Positions 49,150-62,455 of a stretch of 64,000 bases of DNA are shown in pieces (within the stretch, counting starts at the first letter, position 1; each line of letters begins with the position of its first letter). The notes under the pieces are model-generated. The model did no database searches, was not told the DNA's origin, and saw only the letters and a program-made list of their open reading frames with translations. The translations under genes were made by a program, and so were the position numbers. The DNA comes from Mobula hypostoma (Eukaryota): the NCBI RefSeq assembly GCF_963921235.1, contig NC_086101.1:2916001-2980000 (forward strand). Direction: 5' to 3'.

Positions 49150-50672
49150 CCCCAACATCACATCCCCGCTCTCATATTCTATACCTCTAGAAATGAAGCC
49201 AACATTTCATTCAACTTCTTCACCACCAACTCAACCTGGAGGTTAACCTTTCGGGTATCTCACACAAGGACTCCCAGGTCCCTTTGCATCTCTGCATTTT
49301 GAATTCCCTCCCCATCTAAATAATAGTCTACCATTTTATTTCTTCCACCAAAGAGCATGACCATACACTTTCCAACATTGTATTTCATTTGCCACTTCTT
49401 TGCCCATTCCCTTAAACTATCTAAGTCTCTCTCTGTTTCCTCAACACCACCCGCTCCTCTACCTATCTTTGTATCATCGGTAAATTTAGCCACAAGTCCA
49501 TTAATCCCATAGTCCAAATCATTGACTTACATTGTTAAAACCAGTGGTCCCAACGGTGACCCTGTGGAACTCCACTGGTAACCGGCAACCAGCCAGAATA
49601 GGATCCCTTTATTCCCACTCTTTGTTTTCTGCCGATGAACCAATGCTCCACCCATGCTAGTAACTCCCCTGTAATTCCATGGGATCTTATCTTGCTAAGC
49701 AGCCTCATGTACGGCTCCTTGTCAAAATCCAAGTACACCACAACTATTGCATCTTGTAATTTCCTCAAAAAATTGCAGTAGATTAGTCAGGCAGGATTTT
49801 CCTTTCAGAAAACCATTCTGGCTTTGGCCTATCTTGTCATGTGCCTACAGGTACTCCGTAATCTCATCCTAACAATTGATTCCAACAACTTCTCAACTAC
49901 TGATGTCAGACTACAGGTCTATAGTTTCCTTTCTGCTGCCTCCCACCCTTCTTAAATAGCGGAGTAACATTTGCAATTTTCCAGTCATCTGGTACAATGC
50001 CAGAATCTATCGATTCTTGAAAGATCATTGTTAATGCCTCCACAATCTCTCCAGCTACTTCCTTCAGAACCTGAGGGTGCATTCTATCAGGTCCAAGAGA
50101 TTTATCCATCCTCAGACCATTAATTTACTGAGCACCTCTTCAGTCATAATTTTCACTACCCATACTTCATCTCCCTGACACTCTTGAATGTCCGGTATAC
50201 TGCAGATGTCTTCCACTGTGAAGACTGATGCAAAATGCGTATTTAGTTCCTATATCTACCCTCAACTCTCTTTTACCCTTTATATAGTTAAAAAAGCTTT
50301 TTGTATCTTCTCTGATATTAGTCACCAGTTTCCTTTAATTATTCATCTTTTCCTTCCTAATGACCTTCTTAGTTTCCTTCTGCAAGTTTTTAAAAACTTC
50401 CCAATCCTCTGTCTTCTCACTAGCTTTGGCTTCCTTGCATGCCCTCTCTTTTGCTTTTACTTTGGCTCTGACTTCACTTGTCAGCCTCAGCAGTGTCCTT
50501 CCTTTTGAAATTTTCTTCTTATTTGGAATGTATGTCTTGCACTTCCCTCATTTTTCGCAGAAACTCTGTCCTTTCTGCTAGTGTCCCTTTCCAGTCAACT
50601 CTGGCCAGTTCCCCCTCAAGCCACTGTAATTTCCTTTATTCCACTGAAATGCCGACACATTGGAATTCAGTT
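49150..50672 (-). mobile_element. CR1 LINE internal RT fragment
   Basis: PDDWKIANVTPLFKKG, TSGVPQG, AKFTDDTK. Confidence 0.88.
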
Positions 50673-53069
50673 TCTATGTTGTAAAGGGAACCTTTTCTGG
50701 TTTGCTACTGTAACTAATGGGGTCTGTGTTGGGACTGCTTTTATATGTCAGTGACTTGGGTGATGGAATTGATGGCTTTGTGGCCAAATTTGCGGATGAT
50801 ACGAAAATAGATAGAGGGGCAGGTAGTGTTGAGCAGAGGCTGCAGAAGGACAGATTGAGAGAACGGGGGAAATGTGGCAGATGGAATGCAGGGTAAGGAA
50901 GTGTATGGTCATACACTTTGTTAGAAGAACTGGAAGCTTAGACTATTTTCTAGATGGGGAGAACACGATGCTGCCGGTGTGAATTCGGCAGCTTTTTCTG
51001 ATCTGGTGCAGTGGCTTCAGCATACCAGATGGTGATACAACCAGTCAGAACGGTCTCCACGTTGTTCCTGTACAACCAGTTATCAATTAAGATAAAAAGC
51101 ACGCGTGCGGGAAGTGGATAAACTGCTGTATTCACAGAGCAGCGGGTGAGAGACAGCTTGTGTAGTCTACAGATCAATTTGCATGGGCAAGCTATCAGTC
51201 CATATATAGTGGTAAGGGGAGTCATTGCTCTAAAAGAAATAGATCCATACATTACTCTCCACGGTACACCTGTAAAAATTTGTGATTGTGTTGCTAATCT
51301 TCTCAGACTCCTAATGAAATATAGTCACTGTTGTGCCTTCTGTGCAACTGCAGCAACGTGTTGGACTCAAGATAGATCCTCAGAGATATGGATACCCAGG
51401 ATCTTGAAGCTGCTCACTTCCATTCGTCCCTCAATGAGGACTGGTGTGTTCCCGTGACCTCAATCAATTCCTTAGTGTTTCTGATGTTCAGAGCAAGGCT
51501 GTTGAGCGACACCACTCAACCAGCTGATCTGCCTTGCTCCGGTGTGTCACCTCCTCGTCACCGTCTGCTGCTCTGACAACTAGAGTTGAGCCAGCGGCAG
51601 ATTTTCAGATGTCATTTGAGCTGTGCCTGGCATCATGGTCAGGCGTAGAGAGAGTGGGGCAGGGTGACTAAGCACACATCCTTGAAGTGCGCCCATGTTC
51701 ATAGACAGCGAGGTGTTATTACCCATCTGTACAGCCAGTGGACCTGCGGTTAGGAAGCCGAGGGTCCAGTTGTAGAGGGACGTAAAGAGACCCAGGCGTT
51801 GGAGCTTTTTAATCAGAACTGGAGGAATTAGTATTGTCCAGGTGATCCAAGGCCACGTGATGACCCACTGGAGACCAACTGTGGTGATAGGCAAATTGCA
51901 CTGGATACAACACAACGGATGGATGAATATGAAACAGGAAAGTATCCGGGATATCAACAAAGAAAATAGATCATAGCGTAATAAAGGGAAAACAGGACAG
52001 AATTTACTCCAAGGCTTAAGAAAATCTGCTATAGAGCTCCACAGGGTCCTGTGATCACAAAAGCCTGTTGGACATTGTTAATGTGAAATACTGCAATCCC
52101 GATTCGCTGATTTATTGATGGGCAGCGGGGAGCTGTGTGACCTCGGTCATTGCAAGGACTAGGTCTGAAGGCTCAGTATCGCCTGGTTGGAGTCGGTGGT
52201 TCGAGCGAGGTGCCGGGGTCAGTGTGGCGTGGTGTCCAAGCTGGAGTCAGTGCTGCCCCCCCCTCCCCGGGTGTTCGGTCTGCAGAAGACAAGCCACATT
52301 CTGTTTGACCACAGACAATGATTTTTTTTTTGTGTGACTATTTTACTAAGACTTTAAATATGTTATATGCAGTGAGTGTCTGGAGGCACTTGACCCCAGA
52401 GTTATGCTGTTCTGTTTGGCTGTATACATAGGTAACCCTTATGATTTAATGACAGTTAAACGTGAACTTGTGCCTTGGCTTTACCCATGAGAGAGGGAGA
52501 GCGAGAGAATATCAGACATCAGTCCCCAGACACTGAGGAGGTAGGAAAGGTCATCCCACCCCAGGTCTGGGGCCAGTACTAAGGTCACCAGTCTGCACAA
52601 AAGAGCTGGGTTCAATTCCGAGCTCAGGCACTGTCTGTGTGCAGTTTGCATGCCCCGCTGTAATTACATGGGTTTCCCCTGGTGTGCCCCAGTTTCCTTC
52701 CTATCCCAAAGACATGAGGTCAGGTTGCTTAATTGGTTGATACAAGTTGTTCCTTGCGTGACAGACTTTTCGGCAGGGTAGGGGACTCCAAAACCAGGGG
52801 GTACAGATTAGGGGTGAGAGGAGACAATTTAAGAACTTGAGAGGCAATTTCTTCACCAGAGTACAGTGAGTTTATGGAATGAGCTGCCAGAGGATGTGGT
52901 TGAGGTGAGTACAAAACTATCATTTTAGAAGCCTTGGGAAGGTACAGGGAGGGGTGAGGCATGGAGGGATATGGACCAGACACAGGAAATTGGACTGAAC
53001 ATCAGAGATTGTGCAGATGCAGGAGATCCAGGGTGACACACACAAAGTGCTTGAGGAACTCAGCAGGTC

Positions 53070-53860
53070 AGGATGGCGAGACGGCCTACAGGGATGAGGC
53101 GGCCGCGTGCTGTGCAGATGATAACACCCAGAAGACCAAGGAGATCATTGTGGACCAGGCATGCTAGGAGCCACATTTGCATCCCCATCTACATCAATGG
53201 AGCTGGAGTGAAGAGTGTATAAAGCTTCAAATTCCTTGGCATCTACATTTCCGAGGATCTCACCTGGTCCCTGAACTCCTCCATCCTGATCAAAAAGGCA
53301 CAACAGCACCTTTATTTCCTGTGGAGCATGAAGAAAGCTCACCTCTGTCCCAGGATGCTGACAGACTTTTACCACTGTACCATTGAGAGCATACTCACCA
53401 ACTGCATCTCAGTGTGGTACGGCAATTGTCCCGTATCGGAATACGAAGCACTCCAGCGTGTGGTGAAAACTGCCCAGTGGATTATCGGCACCCATTTGCC
53501 CACCATTGAGAACATCTACCATAAACGCTGCCCGGGCAGGGTGAAAAGCATTATCAAGGATACATCTCACCCTAACTATGGACTTTTTACTCTCCTCCCA
53601 TCCGGTAGGCACTACAGGAGCCTTCATTCCCGCACCAGCAGGCACAGGAAGAGCTGAACCTCACATCACAGCGCTAAGCAGTATTGCACCCATATTGTAC
53701 TGTCTCAGTACTTTTATATTTGTGTGCTGTAGCACTTACTTTTTATTCAGTTATTTTGTAAATAACACTATTCTTTGCATTTCTGGTCAGATGCTAACTG
53801 CATTTCATTGGCTTTGTATCTGTACTCGGCATAATGACAACAAAGTTAAATCTAATCTAT
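53070..53860 (+). mobile_element. Rex1/Babar-type LINE 3' fragment
   Basis: FYHCTIESILTNCISVWYGNC..LLPSGRHYRSL; AATCT-type tail near 53850. Confidence 0.85.
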
Positions 53861-54799
53861 GGATAGGAATAAACAATTGATGTTTTTGATTGAGACCTTC
53901 CATCAGTACTTGAGGAATAATTGGGACTAGTTCGGTGGATATGGTGTTTGGCATCAACTGGATGGGCACAAGGGCCTGTATCAGGATGACTCTGTCAATG
54001 AGCAGTAAAACCTGAAGGTGTAGGTGTATCTGTTATAAAGTGGGCAACATCACTGGATGTGTTGCTGAAAAAATTAAAAATTCCACAAATGATAAATTAA
54101 AATAAACTGAGACAATAGCAATTAGATACAAATATAGTTAGGTATAATTGAGGGATAAGCATTACTCAGAGATATAGACAATAATTATGGATATTAAGGG
54201 ATAAATATTAACGATAGATACTGATGGATAAATCTATTAATAATGAGATCTATCGAAGGCTAGCTGGCCATTTCTGCTTGTTTTTTTTAGGATTATTACC
54301 ACCGGGCCCACTCTTCATGAACCCGTGAATTTCTCTACACATCCCGGACTGCATTTTTTACTTGCCTTCCCTTTGTAACTGCAGTTTAGTACGAATGCCT
54401 CACTGGGCTTCAGGTCAAGAGCCATCGCAGGTTCATTCGAAAAACACCTCATTGCCAAGGTTAGGCATTGAAACTTCAAAACATTAAATTATTTCAAAGG
54501 ACGACAGTGGGGTCCAAAACGTGAGTCTAACTTTGTGATCTCTTTAAGTGAGGTACACACATGTCATTCGGTAGCAATAGGATGTCTTTTAATAGATATT
54601 CACATATTTTTACAGAGAGGCAGGAATGATTTATTTCAACAAAAGTGTATTTAATCAACAATGTACAGAAAATTTATACATTCAAACAAAGTAGATTAAC
54701 ATGAATCATTAAACGTACAAGAATAAATCAAAATATTTTCACAAATATTACAGAAATATTAAATACACAATGGAATTATCTACACGGCACCATTTCAAT

Positions 54800-55260
54800 C
54801 AGTTCCCCAGTAGTTGCTACAGTCAGGAACTGCCCCACACTGGGGAGCCCAGCATCTCAGTGACACCTCCCACACAGTGTAAGGTGCAGACGTCCTGTGA
54901 TCAGGGGCTGAGTGGGTGGGGGTCACGGTAGAGACAGCAGTTGGAGGGAGGGACATGTTCAGCACTGTCCCGGTTCCAGTTCACACTGGATCAGAGGAGC
55001 TGAGAGATTCCAAGATAGGACAGTCCGTACCCTCATCCTCATTGGAACTCTCCTGGCCCTTGGTTTCTGGGTGGGCTTGACCTGTGAGAGAAAATGTAAC
55101 GCGTCACTTCCCAGCCAGTGACGAGGTGGGGTAGTTATTCCCTCCCGAGCACCAGGGACGGGGCATCCATTCTCAGTCCCTGAAATACACCTGGTTTACC
55201 TGTGGACAGGGGACTGGTGTGGTGCAGGAGGTACTTAGATATATCGAGGGATGAGTGTAT
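54800..55260 (-). pseudogene. Partial duplicate of the last two exons and 3' UTR of the Ig-like gene
   Basis: Closely matches 59003-59470; has a 12-nt deletion; micro-exon acceptor changed from cag to cac; no upstream TM or Ig exon nearby. Confidence 0.7.
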
Positions 55261-55404
55261 CAATTATTAGTAATAACAAAGGATAAAGATAGTAATTAGT
55301 TTCACAAAGGATAAAGATAATAATTAGTTATAACGAAGGATAAAGATAATAATTAGTTGTAATGAAGGATAGAGATAATAATAATTAGATATATCGGGCC
55401 TGTT

Positions 55405-55820
55405 TATTCCCCTTGTACATGCTCCCTATGTCACTCTGAGGTGGCTTCTTTAGCTCATATGTTTTGGTCCTGTCCTCTTTTGGAAAAATATTAGAAAGAT
55501 ATTTTTGATATTATTTCGACAGTTCTATGTTCTGATTTAAAATCCCATCCTATTACAGCAACTTTTGGATTGACAATGGTAGATCATATATCTTTGTCTT
55601 CTTCAGCCTGTCGGATGATAACATTTGTTACTTTAATGGCTAGAAGATCTATTTTGCTGAACTGGAAGGAAATCAATCCTCCTACTACATTCCAATGGTT
55701 TTCCCAAACTATATTAAGTTTAAATTTAGAAAAAAATTAGAAGTGATATTTTTGACCCTTCGGTTAAATTTCAAGAAACTTGGAAAGCTTTTATGCAACA
55801 TTTTCATATGATGTAATCTG
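55405..55820 (+). mobile_element. L1-clade LINE 3' fragment
   Basis: CHSEVASLAHMFWSCP..MARRSILLNWK, similar to the 38870-39834 piece. Confidence 0.75.
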
Positions 55821-56400
55821 GGAGGTAGGATGGTACAGTAGGACAGGACACAGTTACGCCGCCGGTTTCATTAATCCCGCCCAAATGTACAGAATTCAAA
55901 TCACTCCGTTCCCTTAATGTGTGAGTGTCTGTGTAAATGCCCCTGACACATCACAATCATATCTGCTTCCACCCCAACCCAGAGCCCGTTCCAGGCACCC
56001 ATCACTGTGTGAAACAACTTGCCCTCAACGCCCCCTCCCCACTCCCCGTCATCTTTACCCCGCGCCCTCTCCTATTTGACATTTTACCCTGGCAAAGAGA
56101 CTGACCGCCAACCCTAATTATTTAGAGATCCGCCCCAGAAACCCTTGACACCCAATTCCACCCTTGTGAACAATTAACCTTCTAACCAGGACCTCTTTCC
56201 CCGGAGGAAACCCGGACGGTCCTGGGCAGAACCGATTAACTCCTTACAGACTGCGGTGGGACTTGAACCCGGCTCTCGGCGCTACGCGAACCACTACACT
56301 GCCGCGGCTAGCGAGTTCCCAGCGGGGCTGCGGGTCCGTGAGGGACGCCGTCAGTCCGCGGGAGAGGGAGCGCAGGGTGTCGGGGATAATGGTCACTCAC

Positions 56401-56660
56401 CGGTCCGTGGACACGCTCCGCTCACGGTCTCATCCTGTTTCACAGCAAACCATTCCCGCAACGTATTGAAATTAAATATGTTGTCACCTCTTTATGTGAT
56501 TGATTGAAATTCAGCCAATGATCAGGGAAATAGGGCGGGGTGTAATCTCCAGTATCCAATTACGTCCCCGCTAGACAATCGCTTTAAACGTCCCGCCCCA
56601 ACCCTCGACTCTGGGACGGTTCACAACCCGGAAATGGACCGCCAGCAAACTGCAGCTGGT
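56401..56660. promoter_or_regulatory. Orphan CpG-rich promoter-like cluster with a candidate minus-strand first exon
   Basis: CCAAT at 56515 and 56556; GC boxes at 56533 and 56592; CCGGAA at 56628; minus-strand donor CCG|gtgagt at 56401/56400. Confidence 0.5.
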
Positions 56661-57404
56661 AAATCAGTAACAGGATAAAGGAGGTTCACTCGCATCACCC
56701 ACAGGAGCAGCAGCCTGAAAAACAGCTTTCCCTCAGTAGAAAGGCTGATCATAACCCCCCTCTCCACACCCCAACCACCACTACTTTATCCTGCTGCCTG
56801 AGAAATTCTCAGAAGCTGGAAACCTGGGCAGTAAACAAAGACTGCTGGAGGAACTCAGCAGGTCAGGCAGAGCGCAGTGAGGTCTCCGTCGGTCAGTGTG
56901 TCGACCATGGATGTCGCGTCCGACTTGTCCGGATACGCGAGCCGGGGCAGTACAATACAGAGAGCAATTTCAAAGGAAGACATGGGGGATCCAAAACTTT
57001 GTGATCACTTTAAGCGCGGCCCACACGTATCATTTGGTAGCAACAGGGCATTTTTACATATTCACTTATTTTTACAGCGAGCCAGGAATGATTTATTTCT
57101 AAGACTGTGTAATCACAATGTACAGAACGATTATAATTCTAACAAAGAATAGATTAACAACATGAAGAATCTTTAAACAAGTATAATCAATAATAGATAA
57201 TAATCCAAATGAGTAATCAACATTTACTCAAATATTAAATCCACAACAGAATTATATACACAGCGTCATATATTCATTTCATTACAGGCATTCACAGCAA
57301 AATACACAAATATAATAGAAATTGTGAAAAACTACACAATAACAAAGCTGACAAAGAACCAACATGCAAAAGACAGAGAACCAATAACTAAAATAAAAGC
57401 AATA

Positions 57405-57975
57405 CGCATAAAAGTTGCTGGTGAACGCAGCAGGCCAGGCAGCATCTCTAGGAAGAGGTACAGTCGACGTTTCGGGCTGAGACCCTTCGTCAGGACTAAC
57501 TGAAGGAAGAGTTAGTAAGAGATTTGAAAGTGGGGGGGGGGGAGATCCGAAATGATAGGAGAAGACAGGAGGGGGAGGGATGGAGCCAAGAGCTGGACAG
57601 GTGATTGGCAAAGGGATATGAGAGGATCACAGGATGAGAGGCCCAGGGAGAAAGTGGGGGGTGGGGGTGAGCCCAGAGGATGGGCAAGGGGTATAGTCAG
57701 AGGGACAGAGGGAGAAAAAGGAGAGTGAGAGAAAGAATGTGTGTATTTAAATAAATAACGGATGGGGTACGACGGGGAGGTGGGGCATTAGCGGAAGTTA
57801 GAGAAGTCAATGTTCATGCCATCAGGTTGGAGGCTACCCAGACGGAATATAAGGTGTTGTTCCTCCAACCTGAGTGTGTCTTCATCTTTACAGTAGAGGA
57901 GGCCGTGGATAGACATATCAGAATGGGAATGGGATGTGGAATTAAAATGTGTGGCCACTGGAGATCCTGCTTTCT
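57405..57975 (-). mobile_element. Penelope-like element 3' fragment
   Basis: SPVATHFNSTSHSHSDMSIHGLLYC..RLEEQHLIFRLGSLQPDGMNIDFSNFR*, the same C-terminus as ORF 15873-16790. Confidence 0.9.
57461..57498 (-). ncRNA. Minimal type I hammerhead ribozyme motif
   Basis: Minus strand TAGTC-CTGACGA-AGGGTCTCAGCCC-GAAAC-GTC-GACTG. Confidence 0.8.
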
Positions 57976-59161
57976 CTGGTGGACAGAGAAATAAAATAAA
58001 ATACAATATAGAACATAGAAAGTCTACAGCAGATCACAGGCTCTTCCCCTCACTATGTTGTGCTGACCATGTAACCTACTCTAGAAACTGTGTACAATTT
58101 CCTCTACTTTTCGAAGCTCCACGTACCCATCCAAGAGTCTCCTGAAAGACCCCGTTATAGCCGCCTCACCCACCAACACCGCTGGCAGCCCATTCCACAC
58201 ACTCACCACTCTCTGTGCGGAAAAACTGACCCCTGACATTCCCTCAGTACCAGTTTCCAAACACCTTAAAACTGTGACCCCTTATGTTAGCCAATTCAGC
58301 CCTGGGAAAAAGCCTCTGACTATCCACACGATCAATGCGTCTCATCATCTTATACACCTCTATCAGGTCACCTCTCATCCTCCGTCACTCCAAGGAGAAA
58401 AGGCCGAGTTCACCCAACCTATTCTCAAAAGGCACACTCTCCTATCCAGACAAAATCCTTGTAAATCTCGTCTGCACTCTCTCTATAGCATCCACATCCT
58501 TCCTGTAGTGAGGTGACCGCTTAGGGAGCTGGTCCGATGAGGAGAGGTTGAGTGAGCTTGGCATTTTCTCTTCGCAGTGAGGGAGGATGAGAGTGACTTG
58601 GAGTTGTACAAGTTGATGAGAGGGACAGACAGTGGACAGTCAGACCTTTCCCCAGGGTGGAAATGGCCAACACAGACGGCATCAATTTATTGTGATTGGA
58701 GGAAAGTACGAGGGGGGATATCAGAGATGTGTTTTTATAGAGAGTGATGGATGAAAGGAACATGCTGCCAGGGGTGCTGGTAGAGGCATTTTAAGGAACG
58801 TGGATGATAGAAAAATGGAGAGTTACGTCGGAGGGGAGAGTTCGATTGATGTTAGACTGGATTACAAAGTCAGCACAGCATTATGGGCCAAAGGGGCTGT
58901 ATTGTGCTGTAATGTTCTGTGTAAAACCTGAGACAGAACAAATAAACAGGACAGAGACACAGACACCCTGAGCTCCCATCTCAATGCACACAATCATCGA
59001 TCGGTTCCCCAGTAGTTGCTACAGTCAGGAACTGCCCCCACAGTGGGGAGCCCAACATCTCAGTGACACCTCCCACACAGTGTGAGGCACAGACGTCCTG
59101 TGATCAGGGGCTGGGTGGGTGGGGGTCACGATAGAGACAGCAGCTGGAGGGAGGGACGTGT

Positions 59162-59296
59162 TCAGCACTGTTCCGGTTCCAGTTCACACTGGGTCAGAGG
59201 AGCCGCGAGATTCCAAGATCGGACAGTCAGAACCCTCATCCGAACCCCCATCCTCACTGGAATTCTCCTGGCCCTTGGTTTCTGAGTGGGCTTGAC
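59162..59296 (-). CDS. Candidate terminal (cytoplasmic) exon of the Ig-like gene; reading frame uncertain
   Basis: Acceptor tctctcacag|GTC. Phase 0 gives VKPTQKPRARR..PEQC* (stop at 59162); phase 1 gives GQAHSETKGQENSSEDGGSDEGSDCPILESRGSSDPV* (stop at 59184). Confidence 0.5.
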   Translation of the reverse strand, partial: VKPTQKPRARRIPVRMGVRMRVLTVRSWNLAAPLTQCELEPEQC

Positions 59297-59414
59297 CTGT
59301 GAGAGAAAACGTCACACATCACTTCCCAGACAGTGACGAGGTGGGGTAGTTATTCTCTCCCGAGCACCAAGGACGGGGCATCCATTCTCAGTCCCTGAAA
59401 TACACCTGGTTTAC

Positions 59415-59436
59415 CTGTGGACACGGGACTGGTGTG
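59415..59436 (-). CDS. Candidate 22-nt cytoplasmic micro-exon of the Ig-like gene
   Basis: cctgcag|CACACCAGTCCCGTGTCCACAG|gtaaac. Confidence 0.45.
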
Positions 59437-59871
59437 CTGCAGGAGGTACTTAGATATAGCGAGGGATGAATATATCATTATCAGTTATAACGAAGGATAA
59501 AAATAATAATTTGTTATAAGGAGGAATAAATATATTAATAATTAGATATATTGAAGAAAAGATATTAACAAATAGATATATTGAGGGACAAAGATATTAA
59601 TAATTCACAAACTGCCCAAAAAATGTTAGTTCCTTCAAAGAGCAAATGCAAAACTGTGTGAACCAAAGGATTCATGTTTGCTGATTTAAGCAACCTCTTG
59701 GATAAGATTTATCCAGGGATCCTCTTTCTGGGGCTGTGCATTGGAGGTTACTCATGAGGTAAAAGTGAAATTTAACAGCACAAGACATAGCAGCTGAATG
59801 AGGCCAGTCAGCCTCTCAGCCTGTCTATTCCCGTCGTAGATTCTCCCTGACCCCCTGAATCCTCCAGCATT

Positions 59872-62250
59872 GTAGAACATAGAACAGTACAGCACAGTAC
59901 AGGCCCTTCGGCCCACAATGTTGTGCCGACCCTCAAACCCTGCCTCCCATATAAGCCCCCACCTTAGATTCCTCCATATATCTGTCTAGTAGTCTCTTCA
60001 ACTTCACTAGTGTATCTGCCTCCACCACTGACTCAGGCAGTGCATTCCACGCACCAACCACCCTCTGAGTAAAAAACCTTCCTCTAATATCCCCCTTGAA
60101 CTTCCCACCCCTTACCTTAAAGCCATGTCCTCTTGTATTGAGCAGTGGTGCCATGGGGAAGAGGCGCTGGCTATCCACTCTATCTATTCCTCTTATTATC
60201 TTGTACACCTCTATCATGTCTCCTCTCATCCTCCTTCTCTCCAAAGAGTAAAGCCCTAGCTCCCTTAATCTCTGATCATAATGCATACTCTCTAAACCAG
60301 GCAGCATCCTGGTAAATCTCCTCTGTACCCTTTCCAATGCTTCCACATCCTTCCTATAGTGAGGTCACCAGAACTGGACACAGTACTCCAAGTGTGGCCT
60401 AACCAGAGTTTTGTGGAGCTACATCATTACATCGTGACTCTTAAACTCTATCCCTCGACTTATGAAAGCTAACACCCCATAAGCTTTCTTAACTACCCTA
60501 TCTACCTGCGAGGCAACTTTCAGGGATCTGTGGACATGTAGCCCCAGATCCCTCTGCTCCTTCACACTACCAAGTATCCTGCCATTTACTTTGTACTCTG
60601 CCTTGGAGTTTGTCCTTCCAAAGTGTACCACCTCACACTTCTCCAGGTTGAACTCCATCTGCCACTTCTCAACCCACTTCTGTATCCTATCAATGTTTCT
60701 CTGCAATCTTCGACAATCCTCTCCACTATCTACAACACCATCAACCTTTGTGTCGTCTGCAAACTTGCCAACCCAACCCTCTATCCCCACATCCAGGTCG
60801 TTAATAAAAATCACGAAAAGTACAGGTCCCAGAACAAATCCTTGTGGGACACCACTAGTCACAATCCTCCAGTCTGAATGTACTCCCTCCACCACCACCC
60901 TCTGCCTTCTGCAAGCAAGCCAATTCTGAATCCACCTGGCCAAACTTCCCTGGATCCCATGCCTTCTAACTTTCTGAATAAGCCTACCATGCAGAACCTT
61001 GTCAAATGCCTTACTAAAATCTATATAGATCACATCCACTGCACTACCCTCATCTATATCACCTCCTCAAAGAGCTCTATCAGGCTTGTGAGACATGATC
61101 TGCCCTTCACAAAGCCATGCTGACTGTCCCTGATCACACCATGATTCTCTAAATGCCCGGAGATCCTACCTCTAAGTATCTTTTCCAACAGCTTTCACAC
61201 CACAGACGTAAGGCTCACTGGTCTATAATTACCCGGACTATCCCGACTACCTTTTTTGAACAAGGGGACAACATTCTCCTCCGTTACCATTCCCGTGGAC
61301 AATGAGGACATAAGGATCCTAGCCAGAGGCTCAGCAATCTCTTCCCTCACCTCATGGAGCAGCCTGGGGAATATTCCATCAGGCCCCGGGGACTGAATGT
61401 ATTTTAACAACTCCAACACCTCCTCTCCCTTAATATCAACATGCTCCAGAACATCAACCTCACTCATATTGTCCTCACCATCATCAAGTTCCCTCTCATT
61501 GGTGAATACCGAAGAGAAGTATTCATTGAGAACCTCGCTCACTTCCACAGCCTCCAGGCACATCTTCCCACCTTTATCTCTAATCAGTCCTACCTTCACT
61601 CCTGTCATCCTTTTTTTCTTAACATAATTGAAGAATGCCTTGGGGTTTTCCTTTACCCTACTCACCAAGGCCTTCTCATGTCCCCTTCTTGCTCTTCTCA
61701 GCCCCTTCTTAAGCTCCTTTCTTGCTTCCCTATATTCCTCAATAGACCCATCCGATCCTTGCTTCCTGAACTTCATGTATGCTGCCTTCTTCCTCCTGAC
61801 TAGATTTTCCACCTCACTTGTCACCCATGGTTCCTTCACCCTACCATTCTTTATCTTCCTCACCGGGACAAATTTATCCCTAACATCCCGCAAGAAATCT
61901 CTAAACATCGACCACATGTCCATAGTACATTTCCCTGCAAAAACATCATCCCAATTCACACCCGCAAGTTTTAGCCTTATAGCCTCATAATTTGCCTTTC
62001 CCCAATTAAAAATTTTCCTGTCCTCTCTGATTCTATCCCTTTCCATGATAATGCTAAAGGCCAGGGAGTGGTGGTCACTGTCCCCCACGTGCTCATCCAC
62101 TAAGAGATCTGTGACCTGGCCCGGTTCATTACCTAGTACTAGATCTAGTATGGCATTCCCCCTGGTCGGCCTGTCCACATACTGTGACAGGAATCCATCC
62201 TGGACACACTTAACAAACTCTGCCCCATCTAAACCCTTGGAACTCATCAG
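59872..62250 (-). mobile_element. Young CR1 LINE, 5'-truncated ORF2, in an intron of the Ig-like gene
   Basis: ORFs 61195-62295, 60419-61039 and 59933-60346 cover the APE end, RT and C-terminus with few lesions; TAGAACA tail. Confidence 0.93.
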
Positions 62251-62370
62251 GTAATCAGGAACTAATTGTGTGTGTGTTGTCCCAATTTCCCACACTACCT
62301 CACACCAGCGGTGGGATGGGATGAAAGGGAGCTAGACGGAGAGTGGGATGATAGTGAAGAGGATACTCAC

Positions 62371-62455
62371 TGATATTTCCTGAGCAGATACAGACCCAAG
62401 ATCAATATCACAACGACTGTAAAGCTGAGGACACTGGCCCAATCATTTCTGGACT
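62371..62455 (-). CDS. Transmembrane exon (KSRNDWASVLSFTVVVILILGLYLLRKY)
   Basis: tgtccccag|AG ... CA|gtgagt; phase 1 matches the Ig exon; about 20 hydrophobic residues followed by RK. Confidence 0.75.

Noticed and set aside
59933..62295. Reverse transcriptase ORFs as a novel RT-based system
   Set aside because: Ordinary truncated, frameshifted CR1 ORF2 with a typical tail; no associated partner genes
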